A stretch of 57,133 nucleotides of DNA, from assembly GCA_032718475.1 (NCBI GenBank), contig JAUCBJ010009005.1, positions 1 to 57,133 on the forward strand, given 5' to 3'. Positions within the stretch are counted from its first letter, which is position 1. Each line of letters opens with the position of its first letter. The stretch is from Nemertoderma westbladi (lineage: Eukaryota > Animalia > Xenacoelomorpha). The notes under the pieces were generated by a model, which worked only from the letters and a program-made list of their open reading frames with translations, ran no database searches and was not told the origin of the DNA. Made by a program: the position numbers and the translations under genes. Shown here one piece after another: positions 26,423-36,894 of this stretch.

Positions 26423-26695
26423 TATAATGTAATAGGACAATATGATGAGGAATGAATATCAACCGACCCTATTAGGGCTCGAACCCGGTACCTATAGGTT
26501 TCAAACTTCCTGTTATCTTCAGCCGGGTGTGTACTGAGCTACCAGGCCGGATAGAGAATTCGCTATGGAGGGGGATATCATAATTAGGCCAACAAATCAC
26601 TCAAAGGAAAATACGTTATTCCCTTGCTCTGCCAGAAATGGCAACCAAACCATGCCTCAAAGGGGAGCAGTATCATATTGTCCTATTACATTATA
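26423..26695. mobile_element. MITE-like element with 24-bp perfect terminal inverted repeats and an internal tRNA-like segment
   Basis: TATAATGTAATAGGACAATATGAT (26423-26446) is the exact reverse complement of 26672-26695; both ends are TA. It lies between two copies of ATTACAATGGGACATTA (26402-26418, 26740-26756). Confidence 0.65.
26463..26549 (-). pseudogene. tRNA-derived (SINE-head-like) sequence with A- and B-box-like motifs
   Basis: Minus strand reads GGCCTGG-TAGCTCAGT...GGTACCG-GGTTCGAGCCC-TAATAGGGTC. D-loop GG and anticodon arm are degenerate, so not a functional tRNA. Confidence 0.6.
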
Positions 26696-26740
26696 CTTAA
26701 TTCACCGTCACTCACCCACCTCACAACAATTCATTTATTA

Positions 26741-26877
26741 TTACAATGGGACATTATTCTAACCAAAACAATATACTAATGTCAACAGAACAGAACAAGT
26801 TGCAGTTTTATTTTTGGGAGTAATCAGCTGTTATTTGCGCCGATTTCCCCATTGAGAGGGATTAATATTGATTGCGT
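26741..26877 (-). repeat. Dispersed repeat core, also present at 32757-32840 and ~54168-54268
   Basis: Reverse complement GCAATCAATATT..CCCTCTC..AAATCG.CGCAAATAACAGCT..TTACT.C.AAAATAAAACTGCA.C.TGTTCT aligns by eye with 32757-32840; ACTCCCAAAAATAAAACT...TGTTCT.TTGAC.TTAGT.TATTGTTTT.GTTA.AATAA aligns with 54170-54250. Confidence 0.8.
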
Positions 26878-27476
26878 CGAAAACTCCCCGTGTCCGCTTC
26901 AATGTGTAGAAGACTGCAATTAATAAACTACTACAACCCAATATAATGCATTTTACTTTCCTTTTGTCGTGTAATCAATAATTAATCGTCTAAACAAACT
27001 ACATAACTTCAACATACAATTATAAACTAGGCAACCCCTTAGACTTTTGGAGATAAATTAAGCTAAAAAATGAATTTTTAAACATTTTGAAATTCAATTT
27101 ATTTTCTTTAGATATTAAACATTTGTATTCCAAGATAAGTGGAACATAATTAATTATTTTCAAACTATTTAAATAACAGTTCATAAAGTTCAGGGCAATA
27201 AGTTAATAAATTGCACAAGGGAAGTCATAGATACACAAGGTCATGGAATATCTACAATACCGGATCCGCCTTATTGTTAAATATCAATCATCAATGATAC
27301 TACTTCCTTCATCTTGTACACGGTTCATTCTACAAAATATTTGCCATATTTTGTCAAATAAAATTATTTGTTCCAAATCCCATTAAACTATATATTTTCT
27401 GAAAGCTGGTGACGACAGCTAAGATAGTGGCAAACCTCCCATATAATATTACAAGATGTTAAAACCCACTAAAGGC

Positions 27477-28108
27477 ATGTCCCACCCTGTTACCATGTTT
27501 TGATGGGGAGGAACAGGCGGGACAAGTCCCACCTGTTACCAAGTTTTGATGGGGTACAGCCGGGACAAGTCCAACCTGTTACCATGTTTTGATGGCGTAC
27601 AAGCGGGACAATATAGAAACATGCCTAGATTTCTTTCAAAACATTAGAGAGTAGACACGCTTCACGCAGTTGGGGTCTCGCACAAAGTTGAGAGAAGCCC
27701 ATGGATGTATCCCGATGTATGTACAATTATTGTGTGTATATAAAAAGTATTCCCCCTGTTTAAGATATTCGCAAGCAGGTGCTTCGATATCACAAATCAA
27801 CTAAGACACTTCACCCAATAGATAGATTTCTGCACACAAGCTTGACTAAATAAAATAAATCCTTGGATGCGTGTTTCTATACAGAAACAATTGAATGGGA
27901 ATAAAGTATGATGTTTGAATAGTTGTATGTATGATTACATTCTAAATGAATGTAATGTTATAATTGCCTAATGGGTAGCATGTGATATGTAACAAGGGTA
28001 ACAGGCTTGTTGATCAGCCTTGTCATCATTGTATAGCTGTCTCAGTGGGATAACCAGCAAGTTACAGAGTGAGACAGGTAACAGGCTGGTAACAAGTGGG
28101 TGGGACAT
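27477..28108. mobile_element. Degenerate inverted-repeat element with three ~43-bp subterminal tandem repeats
   Basis: CCCACCTGTTACCA(T/A)GTTTTGATGGGGTACAG.CGGGACAAGT x3 at ~27481-27611; ATGTCCCACCCTGTTACCA (27477-27495) is imperfectly inverted at 28087-28108. Confidence 0.5.
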
Positions 28109-29037
28109 AAAAATACGGTTATTGATTATTAACCAATATTAATAATGAATGTCACATTATATATCAATAGAAAGACCTTGATTGTCTCAAACTATGACAG
28201 TCCATCTATACTGCCGTCGTAGGGCAGAATACCCTATCTCAAAATTTTTGAAATTTTTTATTATTCACACCGAATGAAACCAAGAAATACCATGGTTTAT
28301 ATGTAAGAAAGTCATATTTTGCGAGTTTAAAACACCCTATGCTTGATCCTCAGCCCTGTCATATAATACTTGTCAGTTTAATTTTGTAACAGGCGGGAAA
28401 TGTTGGGTAATTCTCGCTGATTTCAAGGTATTAAAAGTGGTGTATTCCGAGAAAACTCCGTAATGGATTAACGAATACTTTTTTCTATAGAAACTTATTA
28501 AAGTGCCTTTCAAGAATATCATGTTATACAAATTCTTGGTCATTTATTGAAGGTTACAATACAATATGCCTCATGGGGCATATATTAGCAACTTCCTCAC
28601 TGAATTACTTTGTCTCACCAGTAGTGCTCAGTCTGTAGTTGTGTTACAACAACGATTGAAACTTAATCTTATTTATTTTACATTTATACTGCGTTTCTTG
28701 TGGTATATAACACTATGGCCTTGTCGATAGACCTGGAAGCCATCGTGGTCGACAAACGACTGCTACTACTTTACCTTTCTTAATCGCATTTTAGCGATTT
28801 TTTTGACATTACAGGTTAATTTTGGTTATTTTTTGTTGTAGGAGAAAAACATTTTAACTGTCCTTGAGGACAGTTAAATTCTCCAATTCTCTATTTATTC
28901 TCTAATTCCTCAATTTTTTTGCACTTTACCATGTGAGATTGCACAAATTAGTGCCAAACTTATTAACTTTTGAAAATTTGTAACCAATTTGTCAAATGTT
29001 TTGTAGAATGAACCTTACCAATTCACACCAGTCGAGT

Positions 29038-29542
29038 CGCTACTCCAACACTCCCTCCACGGTTCCCTCCCGCTACTCCACCACTCCCACCCGCTACTCC
29101 ACCACTCCCTCCCGCTACTCCACCACTCCCACCCGCTACTACACCACTCCCTCCCGCTACTCAACCACTCCTTCCACGGTTCCCTCCCGCTACTCCACCA
29201 CTCCCATCCGCTACTACACCACTCCCTCCCGCTACTCCACCACTTCCTCCTGCTACTCAACCACTCCATCCACGGTTCCCTCCCGCTACTCCACCACTCC
29301 CACCCGCTACTCCACCACTCCCTCCCGCTACTCCACCACTCCCTCCCGCTACTCCACCACTCCCTCCCGCTACTCCACCACTCCCTCCCGCTACTCCACC
29401 ACTCCCTCCTGCTACTCAACCACTCCCTCCACGGTTCCCTCCCGCTACTCCACCACTCCCACCCGCTACTCCACCACTCCCTCCCGCTACTCCACCACTC
29501 CCTCCTGCTACTCAACCACTCCCTCCACGGTTCCCTCCCGCT
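29038..29542. repeat. 21/33-bp minisatellite overlapping the DCAF13 stop codon and filling its presumed 3' UTR
   Basis: 16 copies of CGCTACTCCACCACTCCCTCC-like 21-mers and 5 copies of a 33-mer (extra 12 bp). The rightmost 33-mer is the last codons plus TAG of DCAF13. Confidence 0.95.
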
Positions 29543-30854
29543 CCGGTTTACTTGGCCGACTCCCCGGCCGACTATGCTTCCTCCTGCGATCCTCCTTCCT
29601 CCGTTGCGCCGCTCCGATATCCCGGAGCTCCCGACCCGCCCAGTAAACCGACTTCGGGACGTGGCGATGCCGGGCGATCCGTCGGATCTCCGGATGGTGT
29701 CTGAATCGCTCCCGCAACGCCGCACTGTACCGCAACGCGCGCTGCTCCCGGTAACTAGTAGCCCCGAGTTTCTCGGACCGTTCTGCCTTCCAAATACGGA
29801 TGTTCATCTCGTCGGACGCGGAATAAATGAACTTATTATCCCCGGACCACCTAACCGCGGACACCAACTGCATCCGCTTAGTGTGGTAAACCTCGCGACT
29901 AAAGCGCTGGTCCCACCCGAATATTCGTACGGTTTTATCGTAACCGCCGGAAACGAATTCCCTACCAGTCGGCGCGAAATCAACGTCGATTACCGCGGAG
30001 ACGTGATCCTTGTGGAGCTGCACGGGGGAGTCGAGACGACGGCAGTCGAACGAGTAGAGGTTGTAATCCTCGTTGGCTACCACAAACACGAATGGTTCCA
30101 TAGGGTTCCAACTCAACGCGTTGCTCTTCATCTTAAGGATGAGTTTACGAAGAGGGACTTTTCCTCGCGCGTCGTAAAGCGCCACGCTGCGATCGGAGCC
30201 GAGACTGGCGAGTAGATGAACCTCGGAAGGGTTGAACTTGACGGCGTGTACAGAATCGGCGCCCCATTGGAAACTGCGAACTGAGTTTGAGCGATTCGAG
30301 TCCCATATATCAACACAATGGCCTCCGGTTGCGAATAAACTCTGTTCATAGTGGTGGTCCAGCCCCATGAAAGGAGACTTCCCGAGGATCGTATTCAAAG
30401 TCTCGATACTAGAGTCCATAGTGTCGAAATCCTCGGTTAATTTCCATAAACGTATTGATTTATCGTTGCCTGTGGACACGAGAAGATCTGGGTTCACGTT
30501 GCTCACCGCTAACCCGGATACGTGTCCTGTGTGAGCGGCGACGGTTGCTAGACAACGGCGACCCGGTACGGACCATCGCCGGATCTCGCCGTCAGCCGAG
30601 CCGCTGTACAGAGCGCTCAGCGACCGCGGGTGTTTCGCCAGGAGGTTTATTGAGTCGCGATGGCCGTCCAAAGATCCTACGAAGGGTTTCGCTAGGATCG
30701 CCTCGAGTTTCGTGGCGTTTAGCGCTCTAGTGTACTCGCGACCCACCTCGAACGGGTGCTGTGATGGGTCGTAGTTCCGGGGTAGTTTGTGCAGGTCCAA
30801 CTTCGTTTCGCGCAGATAATGATCCGGGTTACGGGAAATTACTTTTACTTTCAT
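29508..30854 (-). CDS. DCAF13: DDB1- and CUL4-associated factor 13 / SOF1 (WD40 U3 snoRNP protein), 448 aa, intronless
   Basis: N-terminus MKVKVISRNPDHYLRETKLDLHKLPRNYDPSQHPFEVGREYTRALNATKLE, WD40 repeats, SREVYHTKRMQ, and Sof1 C-terminal IRRIARHRHVPK...KHSRPGS closely match recalled animal DCAF13. Full length with ATG and TAG. Confidence 0.97.
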   Translation of the reverse strand: MKVKVISRNPDHYLRETKLDLHKLPRNYDPSQHPFEVGREYTRALNATKLEAILAKPFVGSLDGHRDSINLLAKHPRSLSALYSGSADGEIRRWSVPGRRCLATVAAHTGHVSGLAVSNVNPDLLVSTGNDKSIRLWKLTEDFDTMDSSIETLNTILGKSPFMGLDHHYEQSLFATGGHCVDIWDSNRSNSVRSFQWGADSVHAVKFNPSEVHLLASLGSDRSVALYDARGKVPLRKLILKMKSNALSWNPMEPFVFVVANEDYNLYSFDCRRLDSPVQLHKDHVSAVIDVDFAPTGREFVSGGYDKTVRIFGWDQRFSREVYHTKRMQLVSAVRWSGDNKFIYSASDEMNIRIWKAERSEKLGATSYREQRALRYSAALRERFRHHPEIRRIARHRHVPKSVYWAGRELRDIGAAQRRKEDRRRKHSRPGSRPSKPEREGTVEGVVE

Positions 30855-32046
30855 GGTTGTCTGGTTACGCAGTATCTACCGGTAGCTGTCTAGTAATGTC
30901 GGCTCTGATCAAGCAAGCGTGAAGCGTTAACAGCAGGATGGCTAAAACCTACGGTAATTAAAAAAAGCAAAATTATAAAACATAATAAATCGGCGATTGC
31001 GGTCTGGATTCCGATTATTCCAAGTATAACTTAATGAATAGTTAATTAGAATTAATACATTCTTGACGGTCCGACGAATCTGTACAAAAAAGTACAAAAT
31101 AGTACAATATAGAACAAAAGAGTACAATAAAGTGCAAAAATAGTACAAAAGAGTGCAAAAATAGTACAAAAGAGTACAAACGAGTGAGAAACGCATACAA
31201 AACGTGTATACCAGTGTAGTCCACACTACTGACTACACTACACTTGTATATAAATAAAATTAATTGTAAGCAAATGCAACGGGACCGAAATATGCGCCGC
31301 TACAGTGTGTCAATCACTAGCGGCCTTGGTTCTGTGGTCAGTATGAATGAAATGATTGACAGAACTTTGCTGTTTGATTCATGTAGATTTTGACTGGCTT
31401 ACAAGTAGAAATAGGCTACAGTTCGTATAATACAATATAATGCAATACTATGCAGTGGGTAGATAAAACTCCTATAACTGAGACTCAAAATTCAGGTCAT
31501 AGTCTTAAAGTAGCCCATATACTGAAGGATAGACTGTATGCTACTGTACATTATGTAGGCTATGCATGTCTGTATGTACGCCTCTATCTGCAACTTTATT
31601 GAGTTCTCCCTCTGCAATTTTGCGGGCTTGGGCTATAGGGGCTGTTGCGCTGGCAGTCAGAGAGGTAACAGCCCATGGGGTAAGGATTTACCCATGGGGC
31701 GCTAACTATCAGATAGTCTGATACCAACTGTCAGACAGTCTTTTTCAACTATCAGATAGATGATCGCCCAGTTACAAGTTGCCCGATCAGCCGATAGTTG
31801 TATTTTTTAAACCCCGAGTGTTGTTGACGGAGTCTGTTACTTCCGAAATCGTTGATCGTGGTGCCGGTGCCGGAATTCTGGCTTTGATTAAAAACACTGA
31901 ACTGCTGAACGATGGCAGAATCTACGAAACCCGGCCGGATTCCTAATCCGAGGAGGCGACTGAGTCAATTAAACGTAACAATGAAACGATCGCGATGAAC
32001 AATGGACTGGAGTCTATTCAATGTATCCAGAACGATTCGATGGCGG

Positions 32047-32361
32047 CGGAGTCTATTTACAGTATTAAACACGCAACCAAAGCGGTCAGATGATGGCGAA
32101 GTAATCTACAAAACAGAGAACGACAGGAAGGCGATGGAGTTTCTGAGTTAATTAAACCCAGTAAGATGTGCATAGCGAAGCGATCGAGACGGATAACGGA
32201 GTCTATTACAGTATTAAACTATTAAACACGCAACCAAAGCGATCAGACGATGGCGAAGTAATCTACAAAACAGAGAACGACAGGAAGGCGATGGAGTTTA
32301 TTAAACCCAGTAAGATGGTGCATAGCGAAGCGATCGAGACGGATAACGGAGTCTATTACAG
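32047..32361. repeat. 150-bp direct tandem repeat, ~2.1 copies
   Basis: CGGAGTCTATT starts recur at 32047, 32197 and 32347 with near-identical intervening sequence. Confidence 0.9.
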
Positions 32362-33649
32362 AATTAAACCTGGAACGAAGACGGTGGAATATATAGGCCT
32401 AAACCTGGAACAATGCGAAAAAGGCTACTCTAAAGTTAGACTAGACTGGTTTGTGAGATTAACTTGCCAATACTAACTCAATACAATTTGCTTGCTTCGA
32501 ATTCCTAATGATATATTTTAATCTTAATAATAAATTATTCAACATCAATTATTTTATAAGTCTTGTCAATGTATAAGATTGCTAAAGACTAAAGAGCTAA
32601 CTTTAGGAAGATCTGCCTTATATTTTTAGAATTATTATAATTAATTTTGTTATGCTTATAATGAATTGTATCTTTTGACTGTGCGACCGTGATAATAAAA
32701 TTAAATGAAATATTTTCACTTACTTAACTGCAGGGGGGGGGGGGGGGGGGGGGGGGGCAATCAATATTCTTCCCTCTCCAGGTGAAAATCGACGCAAATA
32801 ACAGCTTGTTTACTACTAAAATAAAACTGCATCCTGTTCTATAGGAAAAAACACTATAGGGGAAACTTTAGCAAGTTGTGTTTATTTTAGCTGATAGACA
32901 AGATTGCATGTTTACCAAGTTTGGTATAATTTAGTCAAAGATTTAATAAGTTACGATTTTAAATTATCAGTGGAGGGTGAAGGCGCCGGGCCAGGATTCA
33001 GTTATACTTGAATAAAGAATAGTGATTAATCCAAGCAGCCAAGGGATACGCGATATATGACACTGCTGTATAATAAGTTCATTGAATGACTGTTGATTTC
33101 GAAACATTTAATTCAAAACTATATAAATGTTAATATAATGTTGGATTTTTTTTTTGTAATAATTAACAGATGAACTATATTTCATTAATTTTTTTTTTTA
33201 TTTAATCACATTATTAAATAACGAAGCACAGAAATAATACTAAGATTGAATATTGAATTGAGGGTACAGTACCGAATTTAATATTTGAATGGGAGAATCT
33301 TTTAGGTTCGTTAAGCCAAGGAATGCCTGTTCACCACCATGGGTGATCTTTCACAGTAAACCCTTCCACTCCGTTTCCCAAGTTGCCTTGGTTCCCAATC
33401 GACCACTGACAGACTGAAGGATAAAAGCCGGGGTTGGGCTAGGCTGCAGCATTTAAAGCACTGTGCCCAAACAGTACTGCCCCATCTAGGGATCGAACAT
33501 TGAATATTTGAGATTGCATAAGATAGAGTATTGAATATTGAATATCTTCGGCCGCCATCCCGTTGGTGACTGCATTGGCAACCATTTCGACAGTTTCGAT
33601 TGGTTTCGGCTCTTCAGTCCCCGAATAGACCGATGGTCGGCGTGGTTGC

Positions 33650-33890
33650 TGTCCCCATGACTGAGGCTGCATTACCAACCAAAATTGCCATCTCCAGGCG
33701 TTGGAGCAGAAACTGGTGTGACCGCGGTTCGTGGGTGGCATTGTGGAGACGAGCCCCGATCTCCCGGAGGAAGGCGGATGTCTCTGGACCAGGCTGCCAA
33801 AGGTCTCAAAGGCCACGGGGTGAAATAAATGGCCCTGCTCCATTGGGTTTTTAATGCGCTCCGCCCCCTTAGCTGAGTGCCCCTCGGCAA
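33650..33890 (-). mobile_element. Frameshifted C-terminal fragment of a restriction-like-endonuclease non-LTR retrotransposon (CRE-like)
   Basis: Joining two frames gives GHLFHPVAFETFGS(L)/GPETSAFLREIGARLHNATHEPRSHQFLLQRLEMAILVGNAASVMGT, matching the recalled F.P.A.ET.G..G....FL...G.RL...FL.QRLS.A.QRGNAA pattern. Confidence 0.7.
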
Positions 33891-35300
33891 TGATGGTTTG
33901 TTGAAGGTGGTTGGGGGCCAGTGGATCTAATAATAATTAACGCAAAGATATGATTAGGTAGGCCTACGTGATATTACTGTATTAATTTCTCAAACCAAAC
34001 CTCCATTGACGTCAAATATATCCAATTTCTCAATCCATACTAATCCGTATGTAATAATACTAATAATGCAGTAATGTACACTGTAATCAGGTAATGCAAT
34101 ACCGGTAATGTCAATGTCCAACCAAACAATGCGTTGAGTGTTATCGGACCAGCCTCCGAGAAATGTTAGGCTAACGGCACCTCGCTCTGTCGCATCAGTT
34201 TTTGTAGTGGTCAGGTGGTCTAGTTCCAGGCTACCAGAATCCGTTAGGCCTAGCAGCCTAGTGCATGATATAGAATCAGCACATCCACATCCTGACATCT
34301 GTGCAACTCCTGAACTCACGCGAGCATTTTACAGATGGTGGTCTAATTTATATGGTCTTGTACCGCGAAACCGTGTATTATTTACAGATGTAGGCTAAAT
34401 TTCGGGTCTTGTACCGTGCACAGTACTGGTGGGCCTACACAGCTACTGCTATTTTGCCTAATACAGGTCCCAGAGGTAAATCCTTACCCCACAGGCTGTT
34501 ACCTCTCTGACTGACAGCGCAACAGCCCTCTCTCGGCTTGGGACCGTTTTTTGTGTTTTTTGAACACAAAAGACTGCATTAAAATGCATGCTCAATGCAT
34601 GGCTCGCCCCACAATCAGACAATGCTTTGTTTTATTTTGCACATCATGTGCGCCCCTCTAAACGATTTGAACTACACTTGGATACATGTTTTGCAAGCGT
34701 TTTTCACTCGTTTGTACTCTTTTGTACTATTTTTTGCACTCTTTTGTACTACTTTTGCACTTTATTGTACTCTTTTGTATTCTTTTGTACTATATTGTAC
34801 TATTTTGTATTTTTGTGTACTTTTTTGTACAAATTCGTCGGACCCGGAATAAGATGTGTGTTTGAAAAAGGTGGACTGGAAAAGATAGTCTGACCAATCA
34901 GAAACGTATTAAAGCAATGCTATTTATTAGTGATTGGACTGTCCACCTTTTTCAGGTTTCAATTATCTATCTATAATGGACATGCTGGAAGCAGCTGCAT
35001 TAAGAATGCTGCCGGTGTCCTAGGCGTATCTACCCCCCCCCCCCCCACCCCCGCGCGGATTGCCCCCCTATAAACTTACAGTATAATAATAGTACAGTAG
35101 GTCTAGCGCACCATACAGCACTTTAACTTGGATTTATTGGTTTATTTTTGTGTTGGGTTAGTTGGTCAGGCCCAAACCCAAATTAAAACTGTCATTAGTA
35201 ACCCTATAACCTTAACGTCCCGATGCTCTAATCTAAGAAATTTTGTGGAATTTAGGATACAAAATATTTAAGGTTGGGCTTACATGACTGTGTTTTACCC

Positions 35301-36266
35301 AGTGAAAAGTGCGCAAGCGTATCGCAAGCGTGCAACGCTGGCGTATCTGATGTGATTTCCGAGCGTTATAGCCGGCCCTTTACGCAGGCGACCTAATTGA
35401 GTTACATGTCGCATTTCGCATTTAAGTCGCATAATTATCGCAACAACTTGCGTTCAGTCGCATAAAACTCACATGCGATTTACTTGAGATTCACTTGTGA
35501 CTTACATGCATCATGTCGCATAAATATCGCAAAAATCTGCTGGTTGTGATTTCGTGTAATTTTATAATATACTAAAACTGTCTAGTGACTGAAAATATGA
35601 TACTGTAGTTGATTATTCCATTACTGTATTATGGGCTACTACTGTATACCATCTGCCTACTTTCTTATCTTACATTACACTATATACTGTAGCCTAGACA
35701 TACAGTAGAACATTAGACATACTTACTATACAGCTACAGTATATGGATCAATACTAAAAATGGTTGATTATATAGAGGATAATACAAACATATTAGAATA
35801 TGAATAACCATGACGCACTTTTAACTATTCCCTATAATTTTCAATTCTATACAATATATTAATATAATACCTGTATTTTTGACAGACATATTAGATAATA
35901 CATATTCATCAATTTTATATTTTAAAACAATTTATTTATAATATGCAACTTTACGTTATTCTTTAGTGCGATTAAAAACATGCGATTCACATGGGAATTA
36001 ACTCATGAGATTCTCAAGGTGTAAAACATGCGTTAGTTATGCGTTAAATATGCGTAAAATAAGGTGTGAATCTCAAGCGCAGAATCACTTGTGTATAACA
36101 AGGTGTGAATTGCATGCGAATCGCATGCGTGGAATCGCTTCCCTATTTTACATGTGAATCACTCGTTTTACGTTTACAATTTACGTTTTTATCGCTATTT
36201 ATTGTGACGCAATGAAAACGCATGACGCTTTAAAATCACTTGCGATACGCATGCGCATTTTTCACT
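35301..36266. mobile_element. Non-autonomous DNA transposon (MITE, ~965 bp)
   Basis: AGTGAAAAGTGCGCAAGCGTATCGCAAG (35301-35328) is imperfectly inverted at 36239-36266; subterminal TCGCAT/ATGCG motifs on both sides of an AT-rich centre. Confidence 0.6.
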
Positions 36267-36894
36267 TTGAATTAGGGTTTCGGACCTCCACTCCCAAATT
36301 ATGGGGACTTATTTACCTCCCTCGCTGCGCTCGGTCGTTTAATAACAGATATAAAGATATAAAGATCTCGGCATGAACGGTAAATAAAGCATATCATATT
36401 TCCCTCCTCACAGTACAATAGGTAGTTATTATAATTAACTTTATACTGTAATACTGTTACAGTATATGTAATAATAATATGTAATACTGTTATACTATTA
36501 TACTATTATAAAATAAACAATGGAGATTTTATTCTAATTTCGCTTTCGATTACTAATAATTAATTCGACTAACCAAAAAAAAGCATAATATGGTTTTATG
36601 GTTATACAAAAGTCTTGAAGGGTGATGTATTTTAAGTATATAATTTTATCAATTCCGAAAAGTGCTGATATGGTATGGGTGCCAGGAACTCCTCATATCT
36701 CGAAAACTACTGGAGCTATTAAATTTTTATTTGTCTCATCTGAAAGAGGACATAATTTTAGTTATCTGACAGTACCTTCGACGCGCTAGACATATTGTTT
36801 CAGGAGTTCTATATAAGATAAATAATTGGCCCACTAAATTTTGGGGTTTTGCAGTAGCTTGGCAGGTCGTATCTATCTATAGTAGGTCATGAAT

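Larger units (their letters stand above)
31639..34528. mobile_element. Second, nested inverted-repeat element (~55-bp TIRs)
   Basis: GGGCTGTTGCGCTGGCAGTCAGAGAGGTAACAGCCCATGGGGTAAGGATTTACC (31639-~31692) versus its reverse complement with few mismatches at 34475-34528. Confidence 0.75.
31068..34844. mobile_element. Foldback/MULE-like element delimited by ~150-175-bp inverted repeats with internal ~11-bp subrepeats
   Basis: GGTCCGACGAAT(C/T)TGTACAAAAAAGTAC...AAAAGAGTACAAACGAGTGA.AAACGC...AGTGTAGT at 31068-31220 is the reverse complement (with indels) of 34671-34844. No TSD or transposase seen. Confidence 0.75.

Noticed and set aside
26463-26549. Functional tRNA gene
   Set aside because: D-loop and anticodon arm cannot be folded canonically; only box-like motifs remain.
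29015-30730. Alternative ORFs 29015-29725, 29574-30215, 30128-30349, 30455-30730
   Set aside because: Shadow frames of the GC-rich DCAF13 CDS and its repeat; no recognisable motifs.
30942-34893. Hydrophobic ORFs at 30942-31226 and 34588-34893, and ORF 32168-32476
   Set aside because: Translations of the TIR subrepeats and of the 150-bp duplication.
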